Shown here: in pieces, positions 1 through 8,379 of the stretch | Layout of the letters: each line of letters begins with the position of its first letter | Numbering within the stretch: position 1 is the first letter of the stretch | DNA from: Candidatus Hydrogenedens sp. | Lineage (GTDB): Bacteria; Hydrogenedentota; Hydrogenedentia; Hydrogenedentales; Hydrogenedentaceae | NCBI GenBank assembly: GCA_049968235.1 | Contig: JBMFRC010000009.1 | Span: forward strand, 1-64,000 | Length of the DNA stretch: 64,000 nucleotides | Direction of reading: 5' to 3' | Notes under the pieces: generated by a model | The model's database searches: none | Told to the model about the DNA's origin: nothing | The model's input: the letters and a program-made list of their open reading frames with translations, nothing else | Program-made: the position numbers and the translations under genes

Positions 1-3000
1 GGTTCCCTGAACAACAATTTCACCACTGACTGGGTATTGTTCAAATACGACGCCTAAGGGATAAGTATTGCATTCTTCTACTACACTTCCAACTTCCAGA
101 TGTGCAGAATGAATTTCGTTGATAGCATTAACGAGTGTATCCCCGACTAAATAAGGAACCGTAGTGCAAAGACCTAATGATACAACGAAATCAATATTTG
201 AAAATCTAGGCAAATCTAAATTTATAGGAGTCTGTTCTACTATTATTCCTGCGGGATATGACCAATCACATCTTTCTGTACTGGATATAAAGTATCCCCC
301 GTTGGAAAGGTTATTGATAAGAGTATTGTAAACTAATCCTCTGAAATCCCCTATGTATGTATAGTAATCGTTTTGTAAGAAGGGATAGGTGACACCTTCA
401 TTTATTTTCCATTTTGATAAGAAGTCCCATGCTGAAAATGTTGTTTCGGACATCATTTCCGCAGTTGTTTTCCCTTCTCCGCCATCAGATGTTTCTATTC
501 CGCTATATTCTTTATCCCAATAACAGAAATCAATAGAGCCACCGACTTCATTAGAAGCACAGAAACCGCCTAAAATTCCTTTATCTACTGTTATCAAAGC
601 TACTGCATAGGAATTCTCAATATAGCCGCGATTATGGCCTATAAACCCGCCTACATTGCCATATCCGTAAACAGTTCCCCAGAAATAGTTATCATGGTTG
701 CTATCCATAAATAATGTTGAACTTATTGTTCCAATAAGTCCGCCAACATTATATGTTCCTCTAACCTGGGCCACACCGAATGATTCATAAATCAGCCCGG
801 CGTTATTGCCTACTAATCCACCTGTAAAACTGTTATTTCCTACAACTGTCCCATGAACACCGCAATTATGTATCACTCCACGATTCTCTCCTGCTAATAT
901 TCCAACAGCACCTCTTCCTGTAATGTTTGCTTTTGATATATACACATCATAGATTCTTCCTGTATCCTCTACAAAACCGAAAAAGCCGACATAATCTTGA
1001 GAGGGTCTGTTAATGTATAAATCGAATATGAGATAACCATTACCTGCAAATATACCTGTAAAGTTTTGTATAGGTTCGAAACCGGCTCCGCTATTCCAGT
1101 TTATAGTGTCCGAAGCATCAATGTTATTTGTTAACGAATAATTTCCATCTATTGGATATACGGGGCTCTTACCAATTTGGGCGAGTTGATTTATTGAATT
1201 TATGCCAATAGGTGGGCAAAGCCCGTTAGCAATAGTCAGAATCACGGGGTCTGGATGAAATACTTTTATCCATTCTTGTGAGGAGACCGATTGGGATATG
1301 ACAAAATCCTCGGGGATAACATTATGGCACTGGGTAACGATGCTACTCGAAAGACCATAGAATGCTAACCAATCTTCAGCTCTTACATAATACCAGTTTT
1401 GAAGATTGGTCATTATAATCAAGTCATTTTTTAACAAGGGATAACTGATAGTTTCGTTTATGTTCCACACATTTGCAAAGTCCCAGCCTGCAAATGTTGA
1501 TGCTTTTTTCATATTCTCCGTTGTTTCCGGTGTTCCTCCACCAAAGGAAGTAGATACACCAGATTTGTCTTTATCCCAGAACGAATTATTTACTGCAATA
1601 GGTGCGTTCCCATCTCCAATAAGTCCACCCGCAGAAGCAGGTGTGGAGAAATCAGAAGCGGAATATGAATTGTCAAGTTCTGTATTTACATCAGCAAAAC
1701 CAATAAGTCCCCCAATATTTCGACTTAATGGATTGGAATTTTGTATTGATGCGTGAGCGTAACAATTATAAATAGTCGGGGTACTTCCACTTGTAGGGTC
1801 TATTGTGGTATATCCTGCTATACCTCCAAAATTATTTCCCCTTCCTGAACGGATAGCGCCCATATATGAAACCCTTGATATGTAGCAACCTACATCATAA
1901 CCACATACACCTCCAAAGTTAGCATAGTCTATTTTAGATTTAGATATTTCTATTGCATTTATATTCGCACGGATAGAACAGTCATACACGGATATTCCAC
2001 CATAAATAATACCTGCCAGCCCCCCTACAGAATTTAAGCCGAATACTTCTCCACTTGTTGCAATATTTTGTAGGGTTGAAGTTATTTCTGGTTCAGGGGG
2101 AGACTCTATTTTACCGGCTAAAACTCCAACAGGTGCATAACCGTATATTTCTACATTCTCTATGATTAAGTTACTCACTCTTCCGAAATCTCCATTAGGT
2201 TTCTTTATGGTACGGAATAATCCTGTTGGTTCACCGGAAATGTCTGATATGTATAAACCCGATATTTTATGCCCATCACCATCAAGGACACCAGAGAATT
2301 CTTCTATAGGAATAAAACCTCTTCCTCCATTCCATCCTCTTGTAGCAGAAGCATCAATATCATTATTTAGTATATATATATTATCTGCGGGGTAATTTGG
2401 GTCGTTACCAATAAGTTGTAGTTGTTCTATCGTTGATATATAGATTGGTGGATATGGTCCTATAGAATATTTTATAGATACTCCACCAGCGTAAGGGAAG
2501 TAACAATCTTTTTCGGGAACAGTCTCGACAACTTGCCCTGGAGGAATTGTATTGTGATATAAAGGAACTAGTTCAACGGGGTTAAATCCGCTTTCTATCA
2601 GGTTTTTGATAGCCGTCGAAACATCATATCTTGTTACATTAGGAATTAAATTTGATAAATCACAAAGGAACGGATAGGAAATTTCTTTATATATAGACCA
2701 TACAGTAGAACAATTTATACAAGGCTCAGTAGATATTTCCCAACCCATATTAATGTATGTATCGGGATTTTTCATTTCTGCTGTATTATATCCTGTACCT
2801 CCTGAGGATTCTGTTTGTCTACTGGTTTTAATATCCCAAACACTGGCATCGACATAATCAGGGTTATTTGCGTATCCAATAAGCCCTCCTATACCTACAG
2901 AACCGTTGGGAACTTCTCCGACGGAATAACATTTTTCTATATATACTTTATTTGCTAATCTTCCTACCAATCCGCCGACATAATTCATATCACTTATGGA

Positions 3001-3687
3001 AGTCACAATATTCATGTGAGAGAAAGAACTCATTACACTTACCGAGGTAGAGCCAGCATCAATAATTCCGGCAAGCCCTCCAAAATTATATTTTGCCGTA
3101 GGGTCAAAATTCTGCCATGTAAGTTGACCTATTGTGTAACACATATCTATTCCCATATCGGTTAATGAAGGATGGATAATACCTGCAATACCTCCACAAT
3201 TTGAAGATGCCTGTATGGAACCGGATACTATACACCCTTCCATTTCTCCTCCTTCAACCAATCCAGATATACCTCCGACTATGGACTTCCCGCTTATGTT
3301 CACATCCAATAATTTTAAATTTTTAATTGAACCTCCCTCTATATAACTAAATAATCCAACATAGGTTTCTCCCGGTCTATCTATGTAAAGATTGGAGATT
3401 ATGTAACCATTACCATCGAAAGAACCTTTAAAATGACCTGTAGCAGTAAAATCTCCGATAGGGTCAAAACCACCGGGCCAGGTTGCTGTGTCAGAAGCGT
3501 CAATATCATCTGTCAGGATATAATCCGCATCTAATGGTGTTAATACGCCTATATTTCCCAAATCATTTAATGTCGAAATGGGAATAGGTGCGGAGTGAGC
3601 AAATAGCGGAGAAAAAATAATTAATAACACACAAAAAAATGTGTAATAATTTAAACCTATCCCTGCTTGAAAAGTTTTGTTTTCCAT
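1..3687 (-). CDS. Giant secreted GLUG-motif repeat protein (N-terminal ~1229 aa; C-terminus lies beyond the window start). Not in the ORF track because the ORF runs off the window.
   Basis: Open minus-strand frame from ATG at 3687-3685 to the window edge. N-terminal signal peptide (MENKTFQAGIGLNYYTFFCVLLIIFSPLFAHS). At least three degenerate ~400-aa repeats, each with a D/NIDASDT..W..G.GF.PI..F.G.F.GNGY.I..LYI..P module, then multiple GLUG-like (VGGLVG/IGGLIG/FGGLAGI) motifs, ending in W(D/E)F...W.INE...YP(F/L)L. Confidence 0.8.
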   Translation of the reverse strand, partial: MENKTFQAGIGLNYYTFFCVLLIIFSPLFAHSAPIPISTLNDLGNIGVLTPLDADYILTDDIDASDTATWPGGFDPIGDFTATGHFKGSFDGNGYIISNLYIDRPGETYVGLFSYIEGGSIKNLKLLDVNISGKSIVGGISGLVEGGEMEGCIVSGSIQASSNCGGIAGIIHPSLTDMGIDMCYTIGQLTWQNFDPTAKYNFGGLAGIIDAGSTSVSVMSSFSHMNIVTSISDMNYVGGLVGRLANKVYIEKCYSVGEVPNGSVGIGGLIGYANNPDYVDASVWDIKTSRQTESSGGTGYNTAEMKNPDTYINMGWEISTEPCINCSTVWSIYKEISYPFLCDLSNLIPNVTRYDVSTAIKNLIESGFNPVELVPLYHNTIPPGQVVETVPEKDCYFPYAGGVSIKYSIGPYPPIYISTIEQLQLIGNDPNYPADNIYILNNDIDASATRGWNGGRGFIPIEEFSGVLDGDGHKISGLYISDISGEPTGLFRTIKKPNGDFGRVSNLIIENVEIYGYAPVGVLAGKIESPPEPEITSTLQNIATSGEVFGLNSVGGLAGIIYGGISVYDCSIRANINAIEISKSKIDYANFGGVCGYDVGCYISRVSYMGAIRSGRGNNFGGIAGYTTIDPTSGSTPTIYNCYAHASIQNSNPLSRNIGGLIGFADVNTELDNSYSASDFSTPASAGGLIGDGNAPIAVNNSFWDKDKSGVSTSFGGGTPETTENMKKASTFAGWDFANVWNINETISYPLLKNDLIIMTNLQNWYYVRAEDWLAFYGLSSSIVTQCHNVIPEDFVISQSVSSQEWIKVFHPDPVILTIANGLCPPIGINSINQLAQIGKSPVYPIDGNYSLTNNIDASDTINWNSGAGFEPIQNFTGIFAGNGYLIFDLYINRPSQDYVGFFGFVEDTGRIYDVYISKANITGRGAVGILAGENRGVIHNCGVHGTVVGNNSFTGGLVGNNAGLIYESFGVAQVRGTYNVGGLIGTISSTLFMDSNHDNYFWGTVYGYGNVGGFIGHNRGYIENSYAVALITVDKGILGGFCASNEVGGSIDFCYWDKEYSGIETSDGGEGKTTAEMMSETTFSAWDFLSKWKINEGVTYPFLQNDYYTYIGDFRGLVYNTLINNLSNGGYFISSTERCDWSYPAGIIVEQTPINLDLPRFSNIDFVVSLGLCTTVPYLVGDTLVNAINEIHSAHLEVGSVVEECNTYPLGVVFEQYPVSGEIVVQGT

Positions 3688-3885
3688 TTATAGCCCTTTC
3701 TCATTTAGTTTAGATTAAAAAACACACAACCCAGACGCAACTTACATTTATAATATAACATATTTATCACAAAAATTTTGCTTTTTTTGTAAATTGAAAA
3801 TTTTTTATATTGCATAATTTATAAAAAAAAGGATTGTAACTAAATGTTTCTTAATTAAAATGTATTATTACTTACTCAGGTTTCT

Positions 3886-3920
3886 AAAAAAAGTGCCGTC
3901 GGTTCTTTTGAACCGACGGC
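3886..3920 (-). terminator. Rho-independent terminator read on the minus strand (11-bp perfect stem GCCGUCGGUUC / GAACCGACGGC, 4-nt loop, then U7 on the minus strand)
   Basis: Plus-strand sequence aaaaaaagtGCCGTCGGTTCttttGAACCGACGGC. Sits ~200 nt upstream of the giant-protein start. Confidence 0.7.
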
Positions 3921-4175
3921 AAGGGTATATTTTATACCCTCTGCACTACCCTCTTAGTTTGGGGAGCGAAATGTAAGGGAAGATGAGATTTTGGTTTGTT
4001 TTGGAATCGGTTGATTTAAAGTGAGGAATGGAAGGGATTATAAAGCCGGAAACACCATTTTAAGAGCCCACTGGGGAGCAAGCCGCAGCCCTTGTTAAAT
4101 TTTACTTGTTCCAGCGGGCTCTTCATTATTAATCAAAACTCCACTCCTTCCTCAGGAGTCCCGCTTATTTTATTC
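3886..4175 (-). ncRNA. Candidate structured RNA / cis-regulatory leader (unclassified) in the divergent intergenic region
   Basis: Several stable hairpins (3895-3920; 3923-3939; 4143-4159). A 13-bp long-range stem 4062-4074/4111-4123 has one G.U wobble only when read on the minus strand. Minus-strand intrinsic terminator at the 3' end. No match I can assert to tmRNA, RNase P, SRP or 6S conserved motifs. Confidence 0.35.
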
Positions 4176-4297
4176 AATTGTTGTATCTTTTAAATAGCAA
4201 TATATATGCCATAGTTATACATAAATTATAATCTATTGTTATTTAGTATCTTATGTAAAAAATATAAATTCTTAAAATTGGAAATATGATATTGTTT

Positions 4298-4333
4298 TCC
4301 CAATTTGGGAATGCCTTGTTTCCCATTTTGGGA
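4298..4333. promoter_or_regulatory. Two copies of an imperfect palindrome TCCCA-N3-TGGGA (4298-4310, 4321-4333), 23 bp centre to centre, upstream of the sigma54-EBP start; candidate operator
   Basis: Direct reading: tCCCAatTTGGGAa and tCCCAtTTTGGGAa. Lies in the non-coding-looking N-terminal extension of the six-frame ORF. Confidence 0.35.
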
Positions 4334-4393
4334 AAAATAAAAATTGATTTATCTATCTTTTTATTGTATTCTATTAATAAAGGATATTTAACC

Positions 4394-6277
4394 ATGTCAT
4401 ATAAAGAAAATGAAAAGAAAATAAGATTTATTATTACAGCGCGTTCAGGATATATAAAAGGGAATGCGTGGGTTATTCCTGAAGATGGGGAATTAAATAT
4501 AGGTCGAGACCCGACATGTTCGATAATTATTGATGACCCACTTATCTCAAGGCATCATTGCCAGTTGTTTATTAGGGGTGATGAACTAATTATTCGTGAT
4601 TTGGGGAGTAGTAATTCAACATTTGTAAATGGGCATCCTATAAAAGAGAAGGTTCTTCATTCTGGAGATGATATAGGCGTGGGTAGTATTGTTTTTTCTG
4701 TGGGGACGGTAATTCCAGAAGGTAGTGTTACGGGAGATGAGACCAAGAAACTTCGAGCAACACGTCCTATAAAGATTGGTGCTCCTGTGTTTATTGAAGG
4801 GTCTCCACAAAATTTATTTGAAACCGGTAATCCACGTACTGCGGAAGACCTTGCAGGACTTTTTTTGCTTGCCCGTCAGTTAAGTCAATTATTTAAGGTG
4901 GAAGATATTATTAACCATGTATTAAAAGTAGTTCAGGAACGATTCAATCCGAATATTTATTGTTTAATTCAATTTACTCAGGACCCTTCCCAAAACTTTA
5001 TTTATCCTAAAAACGCAACACAAGCCATCACTTCAAATCCACAATTAATACAACTATTATCTCAAATTCGTGAGATGCCACGTGGGGTGCTTTATCCTGA
5101 AAGATTTTATAAGAATGGAGAAACGGTTATTCGCAATACAGTAATTGCTCCTATAGCCCTTGGGAAAGAAGTGATTGGTGCGTTAGTAATGATGGCAGAT
5201 ACACCACATCGATTTTATGAAGAAGCGGATTTAGAATACTTGTTAGCAATGGCACATACATTGGCTCCTTACCTTCGTGCTGCAGAGCGTATGCAACAAT
5301 TAGAATGGGAGAATCAAAGGCTAATTTCCGGAGGTATAAATTTTGACCCATTAATAGGGGAAAGCAAAGCCATACAAAAAGTTCGTTCACTTGCACGTGA
5401 TTGTGCCCATTCAGACCTTTGTGTTTTAATTTTGGGAGAGACAGGCACCGGGAAAGAACTGGTTGCTCGTCTTATTCATAATCTTTCTTACCGTTCTCAA
5501 AAAAAATTGGTAGTTGTGAATTGTGCGGCTATTCCTGAGGAACTTTTTGAAAGTGAACTTTTCGGGCATGAAAGAGGTGCTTTTACAGGTGCTCATGCTA
5601 CCAAAATAGGACTGATGGAAGAAGCCAATAATGGAACATTGTTTCTTGATGAAATTGGTGACCTCAGTCTGAATCATCAGGCACGACTCCTCCGTGCTAT
5701 TGAAACAGGAACATTTAGACGCATCGGTGGAAGTTCTGATATTCGTGTGGATGTGCGAGTTTTGTGTGCTACGAACAAAGATTTACCCTCTGAAGTCAAT
5801 GCGGGTCGGTTTAGAAGAGATTTGTTTCATCGATTAAATGCTTTTGTAATATCAATTCCACCTTTACGCGAACGCATTGAGGATATTCCTTTACTTGCAG
5901 ATTATTTCCTGCAACAAGTTCGACGAAAGTATCCTGTTCGGGCTACCCGATTTTCATCGCAATCTTTGAAATGGCTTCAAAATCAACCGTGGCATGGCAA
6001 TGTGCGTGAATTGCGTAATCTTATTGAACGCGCATCCATCGTTGCTAAAAGTGAGGAAATACAACCCCAGGATTTGGTTTCGGAGTTAACTGTCTATATC
6101 CCCGAAAAATTTCCTACCCTGGAAGAACTTGAAAAAGCCCATATTATTAAAGCATTACAACAGGCACAGGGAAATGTCGTTTCTGCGGCAGAAATGTTAG
6201 GCATAGGTAAAAGCACCCTTTATCGCAAACTTGCAGAGTATCGAATTAATTCTTCTACCTATTTAAATATGAAATAA
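4394..6277 (+). CDS. Sigma54-dependent transcriptional activator with N-terminal FHA domain, GAF-like domain, AAA+ sigma54-interaction domain and C-terminal Fis-type HTH
   Basis: FHA signature (NIGRDPTCSIIIDD...SRHHCQLF...IIRDLGSSNSTFVNG). Walker A GETGTGKE. GAFTGA motif. ESELFGHERGAFTGA. C-terminal HTH (QGNVVSAAEMLGIGKSTLYRKL). Start chosen at ATG 4394 (RBS AAAGGA 9 nt upstream); ORF-track codons 4286-4393 look non-coding. Confidence 0.85.
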   Translation: MSYKENEKKIRFIITARSGYIKGNAWVIPEDGELNIGRDPTCSIIIDDPLISRHHCQLFIRGDELIIRDLGSSNSTFVNGHPIKEKVLHSGDDIGVGSIVFSVGTVIPEGSVTGDETKKLRATRPIKIGAPVFIEGSPQNLFETGNPRTAEDLAGLFLLARQLSQLFKVEDIINHVLKVVQERFNPNIYCLIQFTQDPSQNFIYPKNATQAITSNPQLIQLLSQIREMPRGVLYPERFYKNGETVIRNTVIAPIALGKEVIGALVMMADTPHRFYEEADLEYLLAMAHTLAPYLRAAERMQQLEWENQRLISGGINFDPLIGESKAIQKVRSLARDCAHSDLCVLILGETGTGKELVARLIHNLSYRSQKKLVVVNCAAIPEELFESELFGHERGAFTGAHATKIGLMEEANNGTLFLDEIGDLSLNHQARLLRAIETGTFRRIGGSSDIRVDVRVLCATNKDLPSEVNAGRFRRDLFHRLNAFVISIPPLRERIEDIPLLADYFLQQVRRKYPVRATRFSSQSLKWLQNQPWHGNVRELRNLIERASIVAKSEEIQPQDLVSELTVYIPEKFPTLEELEKAHIIKALQQAQGNVVSAAEMLGIGKSTLYRKLAEYRINSSTYLNMK

Positions 6278-6573
6278 ATAAGCCCTGCAACTTGATGCCT
6301 GACAGTTCCCGATTAATGGTAAATGGTGAAAGTGTTTACTTGTTATTTTTAGTTAATTTTTATAAATTAAATAAAAAGGTGTTATGTCAGAGATATTATA
6401 GAATAATGATTATATTATCTGAAATATTGCTATCGTGAATTATCCCATTCTACCGGCGGATTATAGGTTTGGTCATTCTCATATTCGTTTTTAAAAAAAC
6501 AGTCTTATAGAAAGGGAAGGGGAATTTATGATATTCTATTGTAAAATAATGAGATATGAATGAGGAAAATGGC

Positions 6574-6876
6574 ATGTCTAAAAAAAAAATTAGTCGAGAT
6601 GAAATATATCATATTGCGGATTTAGCATATTTGTATCTTGACAATGAACAAGCAGATAGACTGGCTTCTGATTTGTCGGAAATAATAGATTATGTGGAGA
6701 AACTAAATGAACTATCCATAGAAGATGTAGAACCTATGATGCATGCAGTTCCGATGGAAAATATTTTAAGGGAAGATGATGTCCACATAACCATAACAAG
6801 GGAAGATGCTTTGCGTTGTGCTCCTCTACATGATGGCGAATATTTTTTGGTTCCGAAAATTTTGGAGGTGGATTAA
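6574..6876 (+). CDS. gatC: Asp-tRNA(Asn)/Glu-tRNA(Gln) amidotransferase subunit C
   Basis: GatC-like sequence (ISRDEIYHIADLAYLYLDNEQADRLASDLSEIIDYVEKL). Directly precedes gatA. RBS GAGGAAAA before ATG 6574. Confidence 0.85.
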   Translation: MSKKKISRDEIYHIADLAYLYLDNEQADRLASDLSEIIDYVEKLNELSIEDVEPMMHAVPMENILREDDVHITITREDALRCAPLHDGEYFLVPKILEVD

Positions 6877-6877
6877 A

Positions 6878-8356
6878 ATGTCTGAACATTGGTGGCAAAA
6901 AAGTGCTTCTGAAATAAGTGCATATGTAAGGAATAAAGAAGTATCACCGGTTGATGTTGTTCAAAGTTTTCTTGAGAGAATTCAACAGGTGGATAATAAA
7001 ATAGATGCCTTTACGCAGGTCTGGAGCGAGTATGCTATTCAACAAGCAAGAGCATTGGAAGAGAAAATCGTAAAGGATGGAGATTCTGTGGGACCCCTTG
7101 CGGGAGTGCCCGTGTCTATTAAGGAAGTAATTTGCACAAAGGAGGGGTTTACTACATGTGCTTCTAAAATTCTTGCGGGCTATCGTAGTCCTTATGATGC
7201 AACCGTTGTTGAGAAACTTTATAATGCGGATGCCATTTTGATTGGCAAGGTCAATATGGATGAGTTTGCCATGGGCTCATCTACGGAAAATAGTTCCATA
7301 AAATTAACAAGAAATCCATGGAATCTGGAATGTGTCCCCGGTGGATCTAGTGGAGGTTCTGCTGCGTCAGTGTCTGCGGAAGAGTGTGTTATATCATTAG
7401 GAAGTGATACCGGTGGTTCTATTCGCCAACCTGCATCTTTCTGTGGTTGTGTTGGATTAAAACCGACTTATGGGAGGGTATCCCGTTATGGTTTGGTAGC
7501 ATTTGCTTCTTCTTTAGACCAGATAGGTCCTTTAAGTAAAAATGTTATGGATAGTGCAATAACACTATCTATAATTGGTGGAAAAGACGAGCGAGATACT
7601 ACATCGGTTAATTTGCCTTTAACTGATTATGCTGAAAAAATTAAAAGAGGGATGGATAAAGTTTCGTTTCGAATTGGATTGCCTAAAGAATATTTTACAG
7701 AAGATTTAAACAAAGAGGTGAAAGACCTTATTATGGGTGCGGTGAAGGACCTTGAAAAACAGGGAGCGGAAATTGTAGAGGTGTCTTTACCTCATACCGA
7801 ATTTGCAGTTGCTACTTATTATATAATTTGTACCGCGGAAGCGAGTGCAAATTTAGCCCGTTTTGATGGGGTTCGCTATGGTTTCCGCCATACAGATTCA
7901 AAAAACATTATTGATATGTATAAACGAACCCGTAGTGAAGGATTTGGTCCCGAGGTTCAACGGCGGATATTGTTAGGAACTTATGTGTTGTCCAGTGGTT
8001 ATTATGATGCCTATTACTTAAAAGCCCAGAAGGTGCGTAAATTAATTACGCAGGATTTTGAGAAAGCATTTCAAAAATGTGATGTGATTATAGGACCCAC
8101 TTCACCTACCCCAGCTTTCCGTTTTGGTGAAAAGATACAAAATCCGTTAGAGATGTATTTGAGTGATATTTATACCATATCGGTAAATTTATCCGCATTG
8201 CCTGCAATATCTGTTCCGTGTGGGTTAACGCAAAGTGGTTTGCCTGTAGGTTTGCAATTTATTGGCAAACATTTTGATGAAGAATATCTATTACAGGTAG
8301 CGCATTTGTATGAAGTGAACAGAAGTCAAAAACTGGGAACGCCACCTTTAGAATAA
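6878..8356 (+). CDS. gatA: Glutamyl-tRNA(Gln) amidotransferase subunit A (amidase signature family)
   Basis: Amidase signature (GGSSGGSAASVSAEECVISLGSDTGGSIRQPASFCG). Start MSEHWW at 6878, overlapping the gatC stop. Confidence 0.9.
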   Translation: MSEHWWQKSASEISAYVRNKEVSPVDVVQSFLERIQQVDNKIDAFTQVWSEYAIQQARALEEKIVKDGDSVGPLAGVPVSIKEVICTKEGFTTCASKILAGYRSPYDATVVEKLYNADAILIGKVNMDEFAMGSSTENSSIKLTRNPWNLECVPGGSSGGSAASVSAEECVISLGSDTGGSIRQPASFCGCVGLKPTYGRVSRYGLVAFASSLDQIGPLSKNVMDSAITLSIIGGKDERDTTSVNLPLTDYAEKIKRGMDKVSFRIGLPKEYFTEDLNKEVKDLIMGAVKDLEKQGAEIVEVSLPHTEFAVATYYIICTAEASANLARFDGVRYGFRHTDSKNIIDMYKRTRSEGFGPEVQRRILLGTYVLSSGYYDAYYLKAQKVRKLITQDFEKAFQKCDVIIGPTSPTPAFRFGEKIQNPLEMYLSDIYTISVNLSALPAISVPCGLTQSGLPVGLQFIGKHFDEEYLLQVAHLYEVNRSQKLGTPPLE

Positions 8357-8379
8357 TAAAAAGGATACAGGATAAAAAT

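Noticed and set aside
1460-2395. Plus-strand ORFs 1460-1756 and 2162-2395 from the ORF track
   Set aside because: Antisense to the long continuous minus-strand GLUG-repeat reading frame, which has signal peptide and repeat evidence.
3886-4175. Possibility that the structured intergenic element is tmRNA, RNase P RNA, SRP RNA or 6S RNA
   Set aside because: I could not find the conserved motifs I know for those families (tmRNA tag reading frame and 3' CCA-proximal T-arm; RNase P P4 and GGUGNAA-type motifs; SRP domain IV). Left as unclassified.
4286-4393. N-terminal 36 codons of the six-frame ORF for the sigma54 activator (MILFSQFGNALFPILGKIKIDLSIFLLYSINKGYLT)
   Set aside because: AT-rich, palindrome-containing, no RBS, and not part of the FHA domain. 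The ATG at 4394 has a good RBS, so the extension was treated as 5' leader.
4616-5677. Several 64-83-aa minus-strand ORFs inside the sigma54 activator gene
   Set aside because: Embedded antisense ORFs in an AT-rich gene with strong sense-frame domain evidence.
6580-6589. A10 homopolymer at the start of gatC; T9 at 51765-51773 in fliP
   Set aside because: A/T homopolymers are expected in this AT-rich genome and encode Lys/Phe runs in essential genes. Not considered phase-variation candidates, unlike the G8 tracts.
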